Source: a virus (taxonomy: Duplodnaviria > Caudoviricetes). From it: a DNA stretch of 64,000 nucleotides. The notes under the pieces were generated by a model. It saw only the letters and a list, made by a program, of their open reading frames with translations, was not told the DNA's origin and searched no databases. Made by a program: the position numbers and the translations under genes. The stretch spans positions 1 through 64,000 of the IMG/VR virus record IMGVR_UViG_2609460227_000001; one strand, given 5' to 3'. Below are positions 41,886 to 51,908 of the stretch, in pieces. Position 1 is the first letter of the stretch. Each line of letters begins with the position of its first letter.

Positions 41886-42368
41886 ATGTTACATAACCAT
41901 TATTCAGCGATTCGCTTCCAGGCAGCACCAGAGACAGTAAATGTAGACATTGATGCCCTAGCTTGAGTGTGTCGCGTCAGACATCAAAGAGTGGTTAGAA
42001 GACCATAGCAGCAAGCAGGACGAAGCCCGCGCCGCAGTGATGGCGATGCGCTCCGATTGGGGGTTCACCCCATTCAGTATGGCCAAGTATTTTGGTGTCC
42101 CTATGGTTGAGTTAATGGAGATCTTACGATGACAGATGCAATGGTTAATCCGGCTGACATTCAAGAGCTAGAACGTCAGTTAGATGGATTGAAACGGGCC
42201 CATCGGGCGATGTTGAAGTTTACCGCCGCCGATATACAGGCCGCTTATATGCAGTCACATCAAGGGCGCAGATCTCACAAAGAGACTGCAGCCATGTTGG
42301 GATGTCGAACAACAGACATTAAGAACATGATCGCCGCCCAGCTATTTATATACGACGGCCACCTTTAA
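41886..42368 (+). CDS. Two small HTH-like hypothetical proteins (41886..42132 with indel; 42129..42368)
   Basis: Promoter TAGACC-17-TATATT (41815-43) flanked by TCCTAACAA sites; ATGA overlap. Confidence 0.5.
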
Positions 42369-42414
42369 TTAATCAGCACCGTTACACTGTCACGTAAACC
42401 AAGAGGATCCCGAT

Positions 42415-42777
42415 ATGTCATTCAGTGAGAAGCTACGCGCCCAACGAGAAAACCATAAGATGTCACAAGTACAGATGGCTAGAGAAATGGGTGTTGCCCG
42501 CCAGACGTATATTGATTTGGAAAATGGAAAAACAGAGCCGCGCCTTTCGGCTATCGAGAAAATCTGCACCATCTTTAATTTGAAACCTTGTTATTGGTTT
42601 GGCGGTACCGAAGAAAGTAAGAATCTGAGAGAAATGCCAAACGACCTATTGCTAATGGAATTACACCGTCGATTGGCTGGCCAGCGTGAATTACCAGAAC
42701 TGACTAATTATGCACGCTTAAATATGGGCATGACGCAAACAAGCCAAAACCAAGCAAGAATCAATAACTTACAGTAA
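42415..42777 (+). CDS. XRE-family HTH transcriptional regulator
   Basis: FSEKLRAQRENHKMSQVQMAREMGVARQTYIDLENGKTEPRLS. Confidence 0.88.
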   Translation: MSFSEKLRAQRENHKMSQVQMAREMGVARQTYIDLENGKTEPRLSAIEKICTIFNLKPCYWFGGTEESKNLREMPNDLLLMELHRRLAGQRELPELTNYARLNMGMTQTSQNQARINNLQ

Positions 42778-42800
42778 AAACCCGCCGTAAACCGAGTATC

Positions 42801-42834
42801 GCTAGTGTTATGTTTGAGCAAAGATAACACTAGC
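42801..42834. repeat. Second copy of the palindrome (TAGTGTTATGTTT-gagc-AAAGATAACACTA core)
   Basis: Same 13-4-13 geometry as 35929-35958. Confidence 0.7.
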
Positions 42835-42900
42835 GGTGTTCCCTCTTTAAATTACCCAAGTTCGCAGGGTAATTGTGCAGCCGATTTAAAGGATATAACC

Positions 42901-43284
42901 ATGGAAAAGAAACATCCTATCCAGCCGTTAATTACGGGCGACGATGGCGTTGTTCGATTTCAATCAAACCAGATCGTTAAGTTCTTATTGGAGAAAGGCG
43001 GCTTCAATCTCAATGACCTTGATTGCATTGACTTCCCCAAAGCCGATAGAGAGCAGTTTGCGCAGCTAATCGGTTATAGCTTGTCTGCGTATGGCGGCCT
43101 GGCATGTGTTAGCCGTGAATCTTATGACGCCGCCGAAAGCATGTTCAGCAATCCAGAGCAACAGGAACTAGAAGCAAGATATAACGCCGTTTGCCAACAA
43201 CTCGATGAGGTAAGGCGACATCTACGTTCGGCGGCTTCTGTAGCTTTTAATATCCATCCTGACAACTTGAGTTCTGACGAGTAA
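42901..43284 (+). CDS. Conserved-looking phage hypothetical protein
   Basis: HPIQP...DGVVRFQSNQIVKFLL...DREQFAQLIGYSLS; AAGGA RBS. Confidence 0.65.
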   Translation: MEKKHPIQPLITGDDGVVRFQSNQIVKFLLEKGGFNLNDLDCIDFPKADREQFAQLIGYSLSAYGGLACVSRESYDAAESMFSNPEQQELEARYNAVCQQLDEVRRHLRSAASVAFNIHPDNLSSDE

Positions 43285-43288
43285 GCAA

Positions 43289-43498
43289 ATGATTAATACA
43301 AAGGGCGTCCGGTTCCAAAAGCGCAAGCGCCTATTGCCGGGTGTATGGCTCAATTTCTCCAAAACTGGCGTATCCGTGACGATTGGCGGCTCGCTGCTGT
43401 CATTCAATATTAGCCGTCGTGGCGTCTTCCTAAATTCCAGCCTTAAGGGCACGGGCCTGTCATACAGGAAGCAAATCAAAGGTAATAAAAAGCGTTAA
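43289..43498 (+). CDS. DUF4236-family protein
   Basis: RFQKRKRLLPGVWLNFSKTGVSVTIG...GTGLSYR. Confidence 0.8.
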   Translation: MINTKGVRFQKRKRLLPGVWLNFSKTGVSVTIGGSLLSFNISRRGVFLNSSLKGTGLSYRKQIKGNKKR

Positions 43499-43671
43499 CG
43501 TTCGCTGGTGGACGGTGACAGATTGATCAAGGGGGCCGCATGGCTCCCTTTGTTTTATGTCTAATTGATCAGATTATGATCGTACACAACACATTGAGTA
43601 AATCATTGTTGAATAGACAACAAAATGGGTATAACTTTCCTAACAAGTTTTGATGAGTGTCTGTTAAGGCA

Positions 43672-43742
43672 TAAAAAAAGCGGCCACAATGGGCCGCCTA
43701 AAGACTTAATAGATTATTCACAGGAAACGATAAATCGTGTCG
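43672..43742 (-). ncRNA. Candidate ~70-nt antisense RNA in the leader of the 43795 operon
   Basis: Minus-strand TTGAAT (43777-72)-17-TATAGT (43754-49); terminator GCGGCC/GGCCGC plus T7 at ~43673-43698. Confidence 0.5.
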
Positions 43743-43794
43743 AACCTGACTATATTCTTTCCTAACAACTAATTCAACTTAAGAGAAAAGATTA

Positions 43795-44364
43795 ATGGAA
43801 GTATTGAAGCCTGAATATCTGCCATTCGTACAGAATAACCGTTTTATAACCCTATTCAGCCACCCGTTTTGCATCTTGCCGCTGTCCGGTCCTGACTCGG
43901 TTTTCGAGCAAAACGAGAGGAACAAACTAATTAACAGCGTGATTGAGAGCCGCCGCATCAACACTGACAAGTTGATCAGCGAAGGCAATCAGATCGTGGC
44001 GCTTAAGTTCGTAGAGCGCCCATTCCGCTTAACCATGGCAATCAAGTTTGCACACCAAATGCCAGCACTTGAGTCCTGGAAGATGTTTTCCTGGCTGTTT
44101 GATCATGCCGATGCCAACACCTTTGCTGCGACTGACCAATGGGAGGCTATTTTCCGCCGCCCTGGCAATCCATCGCTGAGAACTAAGGCATTCCAAGCAC
44201 TGCCGAACGTGGTAAACGTATATCGCATGCCTACCTTCCCTTTCTGCGTTTACAGCCTAAATCCTGATGATGGCGTGCTAGTTGGTACCGCAGAGACAAC
44301 AGACATCGCCCACCATGGCAAAACTCGCGTCTGGATCAGTCCATGCCACATCCACCAGCAATAA
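43795..44364 (+). CDS. Hypothetical protein
   Basis: 189-aa ORF with RBS behind an operator-flanked promoter. Confidence 0.55.
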   Translation: MEVLKPEYLPFVQNNRFITLFSHPFCILPLSGPDSVFEQNERNKLINSVIESRRINTDKLISEGNQIVALKFVERPFRLTMAIKFAHQMPALESWKMFSWLFDHADANTFAATDQWEAIFRRPGNPSLRTKAFQALPNVVNVYRMPTFPFCVYSLNPDDGVLVGTAETTDIAHHGKTRVWISPCHIHQQ

Positions 44365-44399
44365 GAAAAACTTGGTTGATTGATGGCCTCAAATACACG

Positions 44400-44678
44400 A
44401 TGAGCGCCATCAATCCAGACGGCAATCCATTGGTTAACGTCGAAGTATCCGTGCCGTACAAAGAGATACAGTCTGTCTCTATGACATTCCCTACCAAGAC
44501 GTACCAAGGCGCAATTAAGTTTGTAGAAAACGCGGGCGAAGCTGAATTTATCAGAGCTAAAGAAAAGCTCGATACCGTAAGCGACGACGTTCGCAAGATT
44601 AGAGAGCAACTGGCCAATGGCCAAAAGGCGAAACAAGATAAGTTCGCTGCGCTGTTAAAAGGTAAGAAGTACAAATGA
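44400..44678 (+). CDS. Hypothetical protein
   Basis: Operonic ORF; ATGA overlap with the next gene. Confidence 0.5.
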   Translation: MSAINPDGNPLVNVEVSVPYKEIQSVSMTFPTKTYQGAIKFVENAGEAEFIRAKEKLDTVSDDVRKIREQLANGQKAKQDKFAALLKGKKYK

Positions 44679-45201
44679 ACCTGAAAGACTTAATTCTCCT
44701 GCTACTTAGTGAAACACCGGCGACGGGATACCAACTGCAGAAGGCGATCAAAATGGTCCCTCGCCTATGGACGCGTCCCACCAACAGGTTTACAAGTTGT
44801 GTAAAGGCATGCGCAAAGAAGGCCTTGTGAACTACGAGCCGATCACACAGGTAGACCGACCAGACTGCAAGATGTACAGACTCACCAATGCAGGTATGGC
44901 CGCCGTTGAAGCGTTACAGTGTGGCGACCACCTAACAGCCGGTGAAAACAAATATCATGGCGCTGATACGGTAATGCTGTTTGCCGGTAACAAGGCCTAT
45001 TTCATAAGTGCGATTGATAAAGTCGAGCGGCAATTGGCAGAAGAACGCGAGGAAGAACGTCGCGTAGTCTGCGAATTGGAACGCATGCTAATTCATCGCA
45101 CCATGCTCCTGAATGAATCCCGCCTGGAATGGTACAAGATGGCCATCGACATGATTGAGAGCGACAAACGCCCAACAATGATGGATAAGCTGGAATTATG
45201 A
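44675..45201 (+). CDS. AphA-like PadR-family regulator (indel near 44768)
   Basis: MNLKDLILLLLSETPATGYQL...(W)DASHQQVYKL...EGLV...DRPDCKMYRLTNAG resembles Vibrio AphA ATGYDI...WKASHQQVYREL...GKPDRKVYSITQAG. Confidence 0.8.
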
Positions 45202-46600
45202 TCCCTAAAGCGCAACTGCTGCTGGTGGTTTCGTTAATGGAGGCGATGCCATTGGACGGCACGCATTACAAATATCACCATGCCATTACCTATTGCCCTA
45301 ACGATGAGTGTTACTACGGGTATTTTGACCAGGCAACATTAAACCGACTGCAGGCCGTTGGCGTGATCACCATCCTTGGCCAACACGATGACGATATGCA
45401 GTGCATCAAGCTCATTGAGCGCGATGATTTCCTTGCCAGCTTTGCGGCCGGTGTAAGTGAGGCCCGTAACGGTTCCGACCTTCACTATGCTGACTACAAC
45501 TCCAATCAATACGCTTTTACGGCTGGCTACCAGCACTACCAGAACCGAAACAAGAAGAAACGAGCAACGGCATACAGCCTCGATGGCGAGAATGTTTGTC
45601 ATGGCTTTGTTTTGGAAGACACCGGCGAGGTATGGAAGCAATGAATCAACACTATTATGACCAGTTGGCCAAGCTACACGGGAAAACGCGCAAAGTACGA
45701 TTTGATGTAGGTAGCGATGTTTGCCTCTTTTACGCAGAACGCATGCAAGATGGCCACTATGTATTTCTCGGCGATGAGACTTACAAGGTGATCGATTACT
45801 GGGTAACACCAGACAAACACCAGGTTGAATACACCCTACGTGCCGTGTTTAATAACGCCAGATACCATTAAGTGACGACATAACAATGACTAAACCAACA
45901 GAAAAACAGCTAAACGATATGGCCCTTGCCGCCGCCCTTAAATCTCAAGACACGCAACGTGCACTGCAGGCCGCATTCATTGAACATATGGAAAGTGTGT
46001 ACCAGAACAACGCCGAAATCTCCCGTCTACAGGGCGAAGATGAAATGCAGCACATTGCGATCAGTGCGAGCCTTTCATTGAGTACAGCATTAGAAATGGC
46101 TTGTATGAAGATGCAGGAGAAAGCCTATCGGTTAATGCAAACCTACTGGCGGCTATCGTTGGGATGTCGTTTGACTCAGTGATGGACGTTTCATTTAACA
46201 AAGAATGTGATTGTGAGACTGTCTACTGCGAACATCGTCCAGATGTTTCCGAGGTACTAGAGGCATCAATCAATGATCATTCAAATCTGAGTGTTCACTA
46301 ATGCGCGATGTAACTATTTCAGGAATTGACGGGACCGTTATCATCAATGGCCATCGATACCATGGCAAGACGATAGTCTTTGATGGCGATACGCTGGAAA
46401 TGGACGGGAACAAGGTTGCTGGGTACGAGGCCAAGACAATCAATATCTCAATATCTGGTGACGTAACCAGGCTGGAAACCGTGAATGGTAATGTGACATG
46501 CCGGGACGCCGACATAGTGAAAACGGTGAATGGTCATGTAACGGCCCATAGAATCAATGGCAGTGCCAAAACCGTTAACGGCAACATTCAAGGCCTGTAA
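45198..46600 (+). CDS. Four small hypothetical ORFs (45198..45644; 45641..45871; 45886..46301 with indel; 46301..46600 with TVNG beta-repeats)
   Basis: Tight operon; last ORF has (K/E)TVNG(N/H) x3; hairpin/terminator 46611-46638. Confidence 0.55.
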
Positions 46601-46751
46601 TTCAGGCACAAAAAAAGCCCCTAGTTGGGGCTTATTTCGTCCAGTTGTGTATCCATAGTCAAGTGAGCTAAAAATGACGGTCACACAACCAGATTCCTAA
46701 CAACTCAATGCGAGTATGCGATGATCTTATGTGTAAAATTGGACGATGTAA

Positions 46752-47459
46752 ATGCCACTCACTGCAGAGCAAAAGAGACAACGAGCGTTTGAGCGTGCTA
46801 AAGCCACACAAGAACGCGCCAGGGCAAAGGCGCGGGCCAAATTAAACGACCCGACTGAAAAAGAAAAAAGACTTCAAAAACAAAGAAATGCAGCAGAAAG
46901 GATGCGCAGCAAGCAGGTAGCAAGACTGCAGGATCCAGAATATCGAGCCGCCCAACTCGAACGCGCAAAAAATAAACAAATAACCAAGCAAAAAACCACC
47001 AGCACCCGCCAAAAACCATTAAAAACCAAAACAAAAGCCACCAGCAAAGGGTTAAAAGGACGGGCCCCAACAGCAGCAGAGCGTGAAGTGATGGATAGCA
47101 TTGGTAAATTGCCGTGTGTGTGCTGTCTATTGAAAGGAAGATTCACCCCGCTTATCTCGCTACACCATATGGACGGCCGCACAAAACCTTATGCCCATAT
47201 GATGACGTTACCATTGTGTGCCTATCACCACGATACGCCTGCAGATAAATCGACGATTGAGGAATACCCCGACCTCATCCCATACCACGCCCGAGGCCTT
47301 GCTGGTGGCAAGAAAGCATGGAGCGAACAGAACGGCGACGGGTTTGTATTGTTGGCCATGATTTACCAGGCAATCGGCTTTAACGCCCCGTTTGTATTGC
47401 CAGACATCCCTAATGATTGTTTGCCTGGTATAGATTTAATTCGCAATACATCATCCTAA
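46752..47459 (+). CDS. ref: Ref RecA-dependent HNH nuclease
   Basis: Basic N-tail; GRAPTAAER, LPCVCC, SLHHMDGRT, LPLCAYHH, GGKK as in P1 Ref. Confidence 0.92.
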   Translation: MPLTAEQKRQRAFERAKATQERARAKARAKLNDPTEKEKRLQKQRNAAERMRSKQVARLQDPEYRAAQLERAKNKQITKQKTTSTRQKPLKTKTKATSKGLKGRAPTAAEREVMDSIGKLPCVCCLLKGRFTPLISLHHMDGRTKPYAHMMTLPLCAYHHDTPADKSTIEEYPDLIPYHARGLAGGKKAWSEQNGDGFVLLAMIYQAIGFNAPFVLPDIPNDCLPGIDLIRNTSS

Positions 47460-47528
47460 CGGTTTTTTTAGATAATATTTAGCGGGTAAAATGACCTCCC
47501 ACCCCCGCGCTATCAAAGGAGTAATCCT

Positions 47529-48193
47529 ATGGATAAGCGCATATACGCCCTATCGCTATCTAGTCGGCCTATGGAATTGCTGGCCGGTTACAAAGACGGG
47601 ACGCTGCACGTCATTGACTGCAAGCCACTTCCACAAAACCTGGAAGCACTGAAAAAGTCACTCCCTAAATCGATGGCCAAGCACAAGAAAAAAGGCTTTG
47701 TTGTGCTGGTGGACGAAGTTATTCCCGTGTTCGCCAAGTACGGCCGTAGTTGCCGCCTGGGCCAAGCCGGTGCCGATGGCCGCCCGGTACTAATCACCGC
47801 GTTGGAAGCCTACCGAAATATGAGCCGGTTGCAGGCGATCTCCTTCCCACCAGGGAAAAGCGGCTTTTTTGATATTTCTGAATCCGTGGTTGAAGAACAA
47901 CGGGACGCTGGTGGCCGTGTCACCTATCACATTGACTGGGCCGAATTGCGACCAGAAGCAACACTGCTACTCATGGCCGTATATGGCGCGGTGGCCGACT
48001 CAATGCTTGATACAGGGACCATTAAACACCTATTCAACCTCATTGGCGGCAACAAGAAAGAAAGCGAAAGCACCCAGCCTTTAAAGCCGTGACAGTGGGT
48101 TATGACCAGGCATTTTTAGGCGCACCAACGCCACCAAATGACGGGCTTTTATTCCTTGGTGATACCGGCATGGTGAAGGTGAAACGAGTATGA
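47529..48193 (+). CDS. mat: Mat (maturation control) homologue (indel near 48080)
   Basis: MDKRI, KGFVVLVDE, GRPVLI.A, IDWAEL; follows ref as in P1. Confidence 0.7.
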
Positions 48194-48507
48194 GTACCTT
48201 GCACCGCTTATCGGATATGAATATCCCCGATGACCTTCTGCGTGCCGACTTCTACGCGATTGTGATTAAGCACATCAAAGACCCGAGCAGCGACGTTGTT
48301 ACCAGGAGCATTCGCCCGGATGAGCAATACCGCCCGGATCTTGTCTCATACCGCCTATACAGCACCGTAGAACTGCGATGGCTTGTTAGCCTTGTCTGTG
48401 ATGTCGAGGATGAATCTGAGCCATTACCGGTAGGCGAAACATACCGATTCCCTACGTCCTCCTGGCTACGACGTGAAATGCGCCGATTCATTAACGAGTT
48501 TTGCTGA
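48190..48507 (+). CDS. Baseplate protein, P1 gp26-like
   Basis: IRPDEQYRPDLVSYRLY...LRWLV. Confidence 0.8.
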   Translation: MSTLHRLSDMNIPDDLLRADFYAIVIKHIKDPSSDVVTRSIRPDEQYRPDLVSYRLYSTVELRWLVSLVCDVEDESEPLPVGETYRFPTSSWLRREMRRFINEFC

Positions 48508-49684
48508 TGCCACCGAAGAAATTAGAGGTATCCAAAAACGATAGCGGCCGGTACCTGACTAGCGGATTGAACGAAAAGCAATTCATGCAAGCGTTCGACA
48601 TGATCCGTAAGCAGCAGACAGGGAACAGACGAAGCGCCAAACGGACATTAACGCCAGCACAACTCCGGGCCAAGAAAGCCTCGGACATGGCCAAGCTGGG
48701 GGAAAAGTCCAAAGGTGTGCCGTTTACCGTCGATGACCTGCGCGAGTTTGAGCAGAACCGCAATCAACATAAGACCAAATTCTCAAGTAAGACGGCAGGC
48801 ATTACTTACGCGCAGCTAGTGGCGGGATCCCGTGAGATAGACATCAAACGTGCCAATAACCAGGTACAAGATGGATCCGGTATTACCAGGGCATCGCTAT
48901 CCGGGATCAAATCAAACATGGTTGTGGTCCGGGTAAAGGCATCAATGAAATCGGTCCACGAAGAACACATGGTCCGGATTCGCCTGGAAGAATTTGATGA
49001 CCTGATACACGAACCGCCTGGCGATAACTTTTCCCTGGCAGCCAAACAGGCATGTAAGGCCGTATCTCTATCGACTGTGATTGTGGCCGGCACCAGTATT
49101 GGTATCGATACCAGGCGACGGTAGGTAATTACTGTGTGGCCCCGCCTAAAGAGTTCAGCTACCCAAAGATACGAAACCCGCAGTTAAAGGGTGTTGCATG
49201 TAAGCACGTCTTAAAGGCCGCCGTCATGCTGCAGTCTGTAGCCTGGCAAAAGATCATTGGTAAGCAGATGGAACTGGCCGCCAACCGCGTTTCTTTCGGT
49301 GATGACCGCAAATACAGCCACGTCCTCACCAAGCAAGAAGCGAAGGCCGCCGCCAAGAACCGAAGCACCAAGATCGACCCCGAGAAGGCAAAAGCCGCGT
49401 TTCGTAACTATCAGCGTAGCCAGAAGGCCTTTGATAAGAAACTCAAACAGAACCAGAAAGAGATCGACCGCGTTCGCAAGCAGGCCAATAGGATCCGTAA
49501 GCAGTCGAACACCATCAAAAAGCAACAGCAGACCATCGACCAGATGCGCGACATGCTCAAGATGTCGTTTGCCATGTTTTCCGATGGCATCAAGGCGGCT
49601 GGTGGCACACGCGACCAGGCGATCAAACAATTTGCCCAGAAAATGAATATGAGTGAATCCAAGCTGAAAGGGGTATTGAAGTGA
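48501..49684 (+). CDS. P1 gp25-like tail-region protein with SWIM-like Zn motif (indel near 49058)
   Basis: GITYAQLVA.S.EIDIKRANN, CDCGRHQYWYRY (shifted frame), PKIRNPQLKGVACKHV. Confidence 0.8.
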
Positions 49685-50193
49685 CAGCGACCCCAAGAGT
49701 CCGATTTAAAGGGCATTCCAAACTAAACACCGGCTTACGTAGTGACTGGATTAAGGCGATCGAGCTATCGCCGGATGCGTTCGATGCTTTGCTGTATCTG
49801 CCAGTGGTTGAAACCGTGCCAGCACAAGCCACCAGCTATTACGAGGACAGTCCTTTCTCAGAGCTGGACGCCACACAAGAAACCTTAACCTACGCCCTAC
49901 CCGAGCCGGTTGTCGTGGTGGATTGTCCCGACGAAAACGAGTCATTCATGATGATGAGCGACGGTGATGGCCAGCTTGGTGAAGGCGAACTGCCGCTAAC
50001 GTTACGTATTGGGCGAGAAGTGGTACCCGAAGGCGCGATCCTTGAGTGGGTTGAGGAAGTGACCGAAACAGAAAACCGCCGCGTCTGGTGGTACGTACAA
50101 CGCGCTATCGGTTATGGCACGGCTAACGTCGGCTCCCTGTATATCTGTATCCCTGCGCGTAACATTGAAGGCCTGCCAAATGACAGTATCTAA
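49681..50193 (+). CDS. P1 gp7-like neck/head-tail connector
   Basis: GHSKLN..LRSDWIKAIELSPDAFDALLY, ILEW.E, WWYV, YICIP; synteny 26-25-7-24-6-5. Confidence 0.75.
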   Translation: MTATPRVRFKGHSKLNTGLRSDWIKAIELSPDAFDALLYLPVVETVPAQATSYYEDSPFSELDATQETLTYALPEPVVVVDCPDENESFMMMSDGDGQLGEGELPLTLRIGREVVPEGAILEWVEEVTETENRRVWWYVQRAIGYGTANVGSLYICIPARNIEGLPNDSI

Positions 50194-50928
50194 TCCTATT
50201 ACTGAGCTGGTGGATTTTACCGTCACTCCCACCGGCATCGTTGAATACACCGACCTGACTGACATCGATATTTCCATCCAAAAGTATTTTGGCCAGATCA
50301 TCGGGGCCATGGTGGTCACGGACACCAACCGGAAGCAGAACAAAGAATTTGCAGCGTTCCAACAGCGGCCATTGAATAAAAAACTCTACATTGGCCAGTT
50401 TGATGATCCGGTAAGTTTTGTCCAGGCACTAGCAGGCGCAAATGAGGACCGTAAAAACATCCTACCGGCTTGCTACATTTCCCGCGCCCTGGATGTCGTT
50501 TATACCGATGGCGACGACTATAACGACCTCACCAACTACGCGACCATTACAGACAGCACCGGTAAACCAAAAGCCACCGTGAGTAAATCATTCGTCAAAC
50601 TGACCTATAGCCTTACTGCTTGTAGCTGGGAAAAAGAAACCTGTACGCGAATTGGCCTGGGCCTGTCTATGTGGATGCGCCACCAGCGGAAGAAGCGGGA
50701 TTTCTGCTTTTCCGCCAAAAGCATGATTGCCGGAACGCCCGTTGATCTGCGTGTCGAGGTGAATCAGCCAAAATTAGCACTTGTGCGGCAGCCTCAGCGC
50801 CTTACAACGATAACAAGGTCAATGCTGTGTCTATTCAGTTCGAGGCCATAGCGGAGGTTTTAGAGGCCAAGGCGGTAGATGTTGCTTTGACGCGCTTTGT
50901 CTTTGATGAGCCGGATCCATCGCTATGA
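50180..50928 (+). CDS. P1 gp24-like tail terminator/stability protein (indels near the 3' end)
   Basis: Synteny; TPTG..E.TDL, LPACYISR. Confidence 0.65.
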
Positions 50929-51908
50929 GTAGACAGTATCCGTTTATCCAGAATATCTCTCTTGTTGGTGGCAAAGGCGCGATCATGCCGGATCACGTCA
51001 TGCGGGCCAGCATTATCGAGAATGGCGACCTATCCGGCACTAAATTGATGATGTCGCTAGTGGACCGTAACGCGTATTACCGCGATGACCTAAAGCTAGG
51101 GAACGGCGTTGAGATTGAAGTTACCTACGGCGACCCTGACGGCCGTGGTGATGACGTATTTATCGAAACGTTCGTGATAAGCAACGCGCCTTACATTGGC
51201 GAGCTAATCGAAATCAGTGCATTCGAGAAAAACTGCCTGCAGTTAAAACAGGTATCGAGCCGTACCCAGTTTTTCGTAGACCAATCACCGGCCAGCATCA
51301 TTCGCACGTTAGCACCAAACGTAAAGATCAACGCTGACACTTTCGATAAGCCTGGCACTTATCACCTAAACCCGGGTGCGAGCCCTTCCCGTCTTATCCG
51401 CAACATGGCGAGGGATTACGGTGCCATGGTGTTTTATAGCCGTGGGACGCTGTACTTCAAAGATATAACCAACCTGGCCAACCAGGCACCGGTTATGACG
51501 TTTGAACACAAAAACCCGCAGGCAGCAATCAACATGGCCAAGTTGAACATCATTAACCAATCGATGATGTACCAACGCACGCTAAACCGTGAATACATGC
51601 AGTGGGATACCGTGGCCGGACTCACCAAGAGCGGTAAACCGGATAACGGCAGTGTCATGATCACGTCTGGCACTGCCGGTGCGCTCGATAACCAGAACGA
51701 CGCCATTATTCCAATGATTGATTGCGAGTTGTTTGGTAACAGTTCATTCGCGCCAGGGATCGTCGTTAACGTGGTCCTACACCTGGGCATTCCTGACAAG
51801 GTGATCGATGAAGCCGTGCCAGAGGTCCAGATCATTAACCGAGTAACACACCACCAGCTAGGAAGTCGCTATTTATGCCGCGTTGAATTAGGGGTATTGA
51901 ACAAATGA
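50925..51908 (+). CDS. P1 gp6-like baseplate hub
   Basis: 327 aa; GDPDGRG, TYHLNPG...SRLIR.MARDYGAM...SRGT. Confidence 0.75.
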   Translation: MSRQYPFIQNISLVGGKGAIMPDHVMRASIIENGDLSGTKLMMSLVDRNAYYRDDLKLGNGVEIEVTYGDPDGRGDDVFIETFVISNAPYIGELIEISAFEKNCLQLKQVSSRTQFFVDQSPASIIRTLAPNVKINADTFDKPGTYHLNPGASPSRLIRNMARDYGAMVFYSRGTLYFKDITNLANQAPVMTFEHKNPQAAINMAKLNIINQSMMYQRTLNREYMQWDTVAGLTKSGKPDNGSVMITSGTAGALDNQNDAIIPMIDCELFGNSSFAPGIVVNVVLHLGIPDKVIDEAVPEVQIINRVTHHQLGSRYLCRVELGVLNK

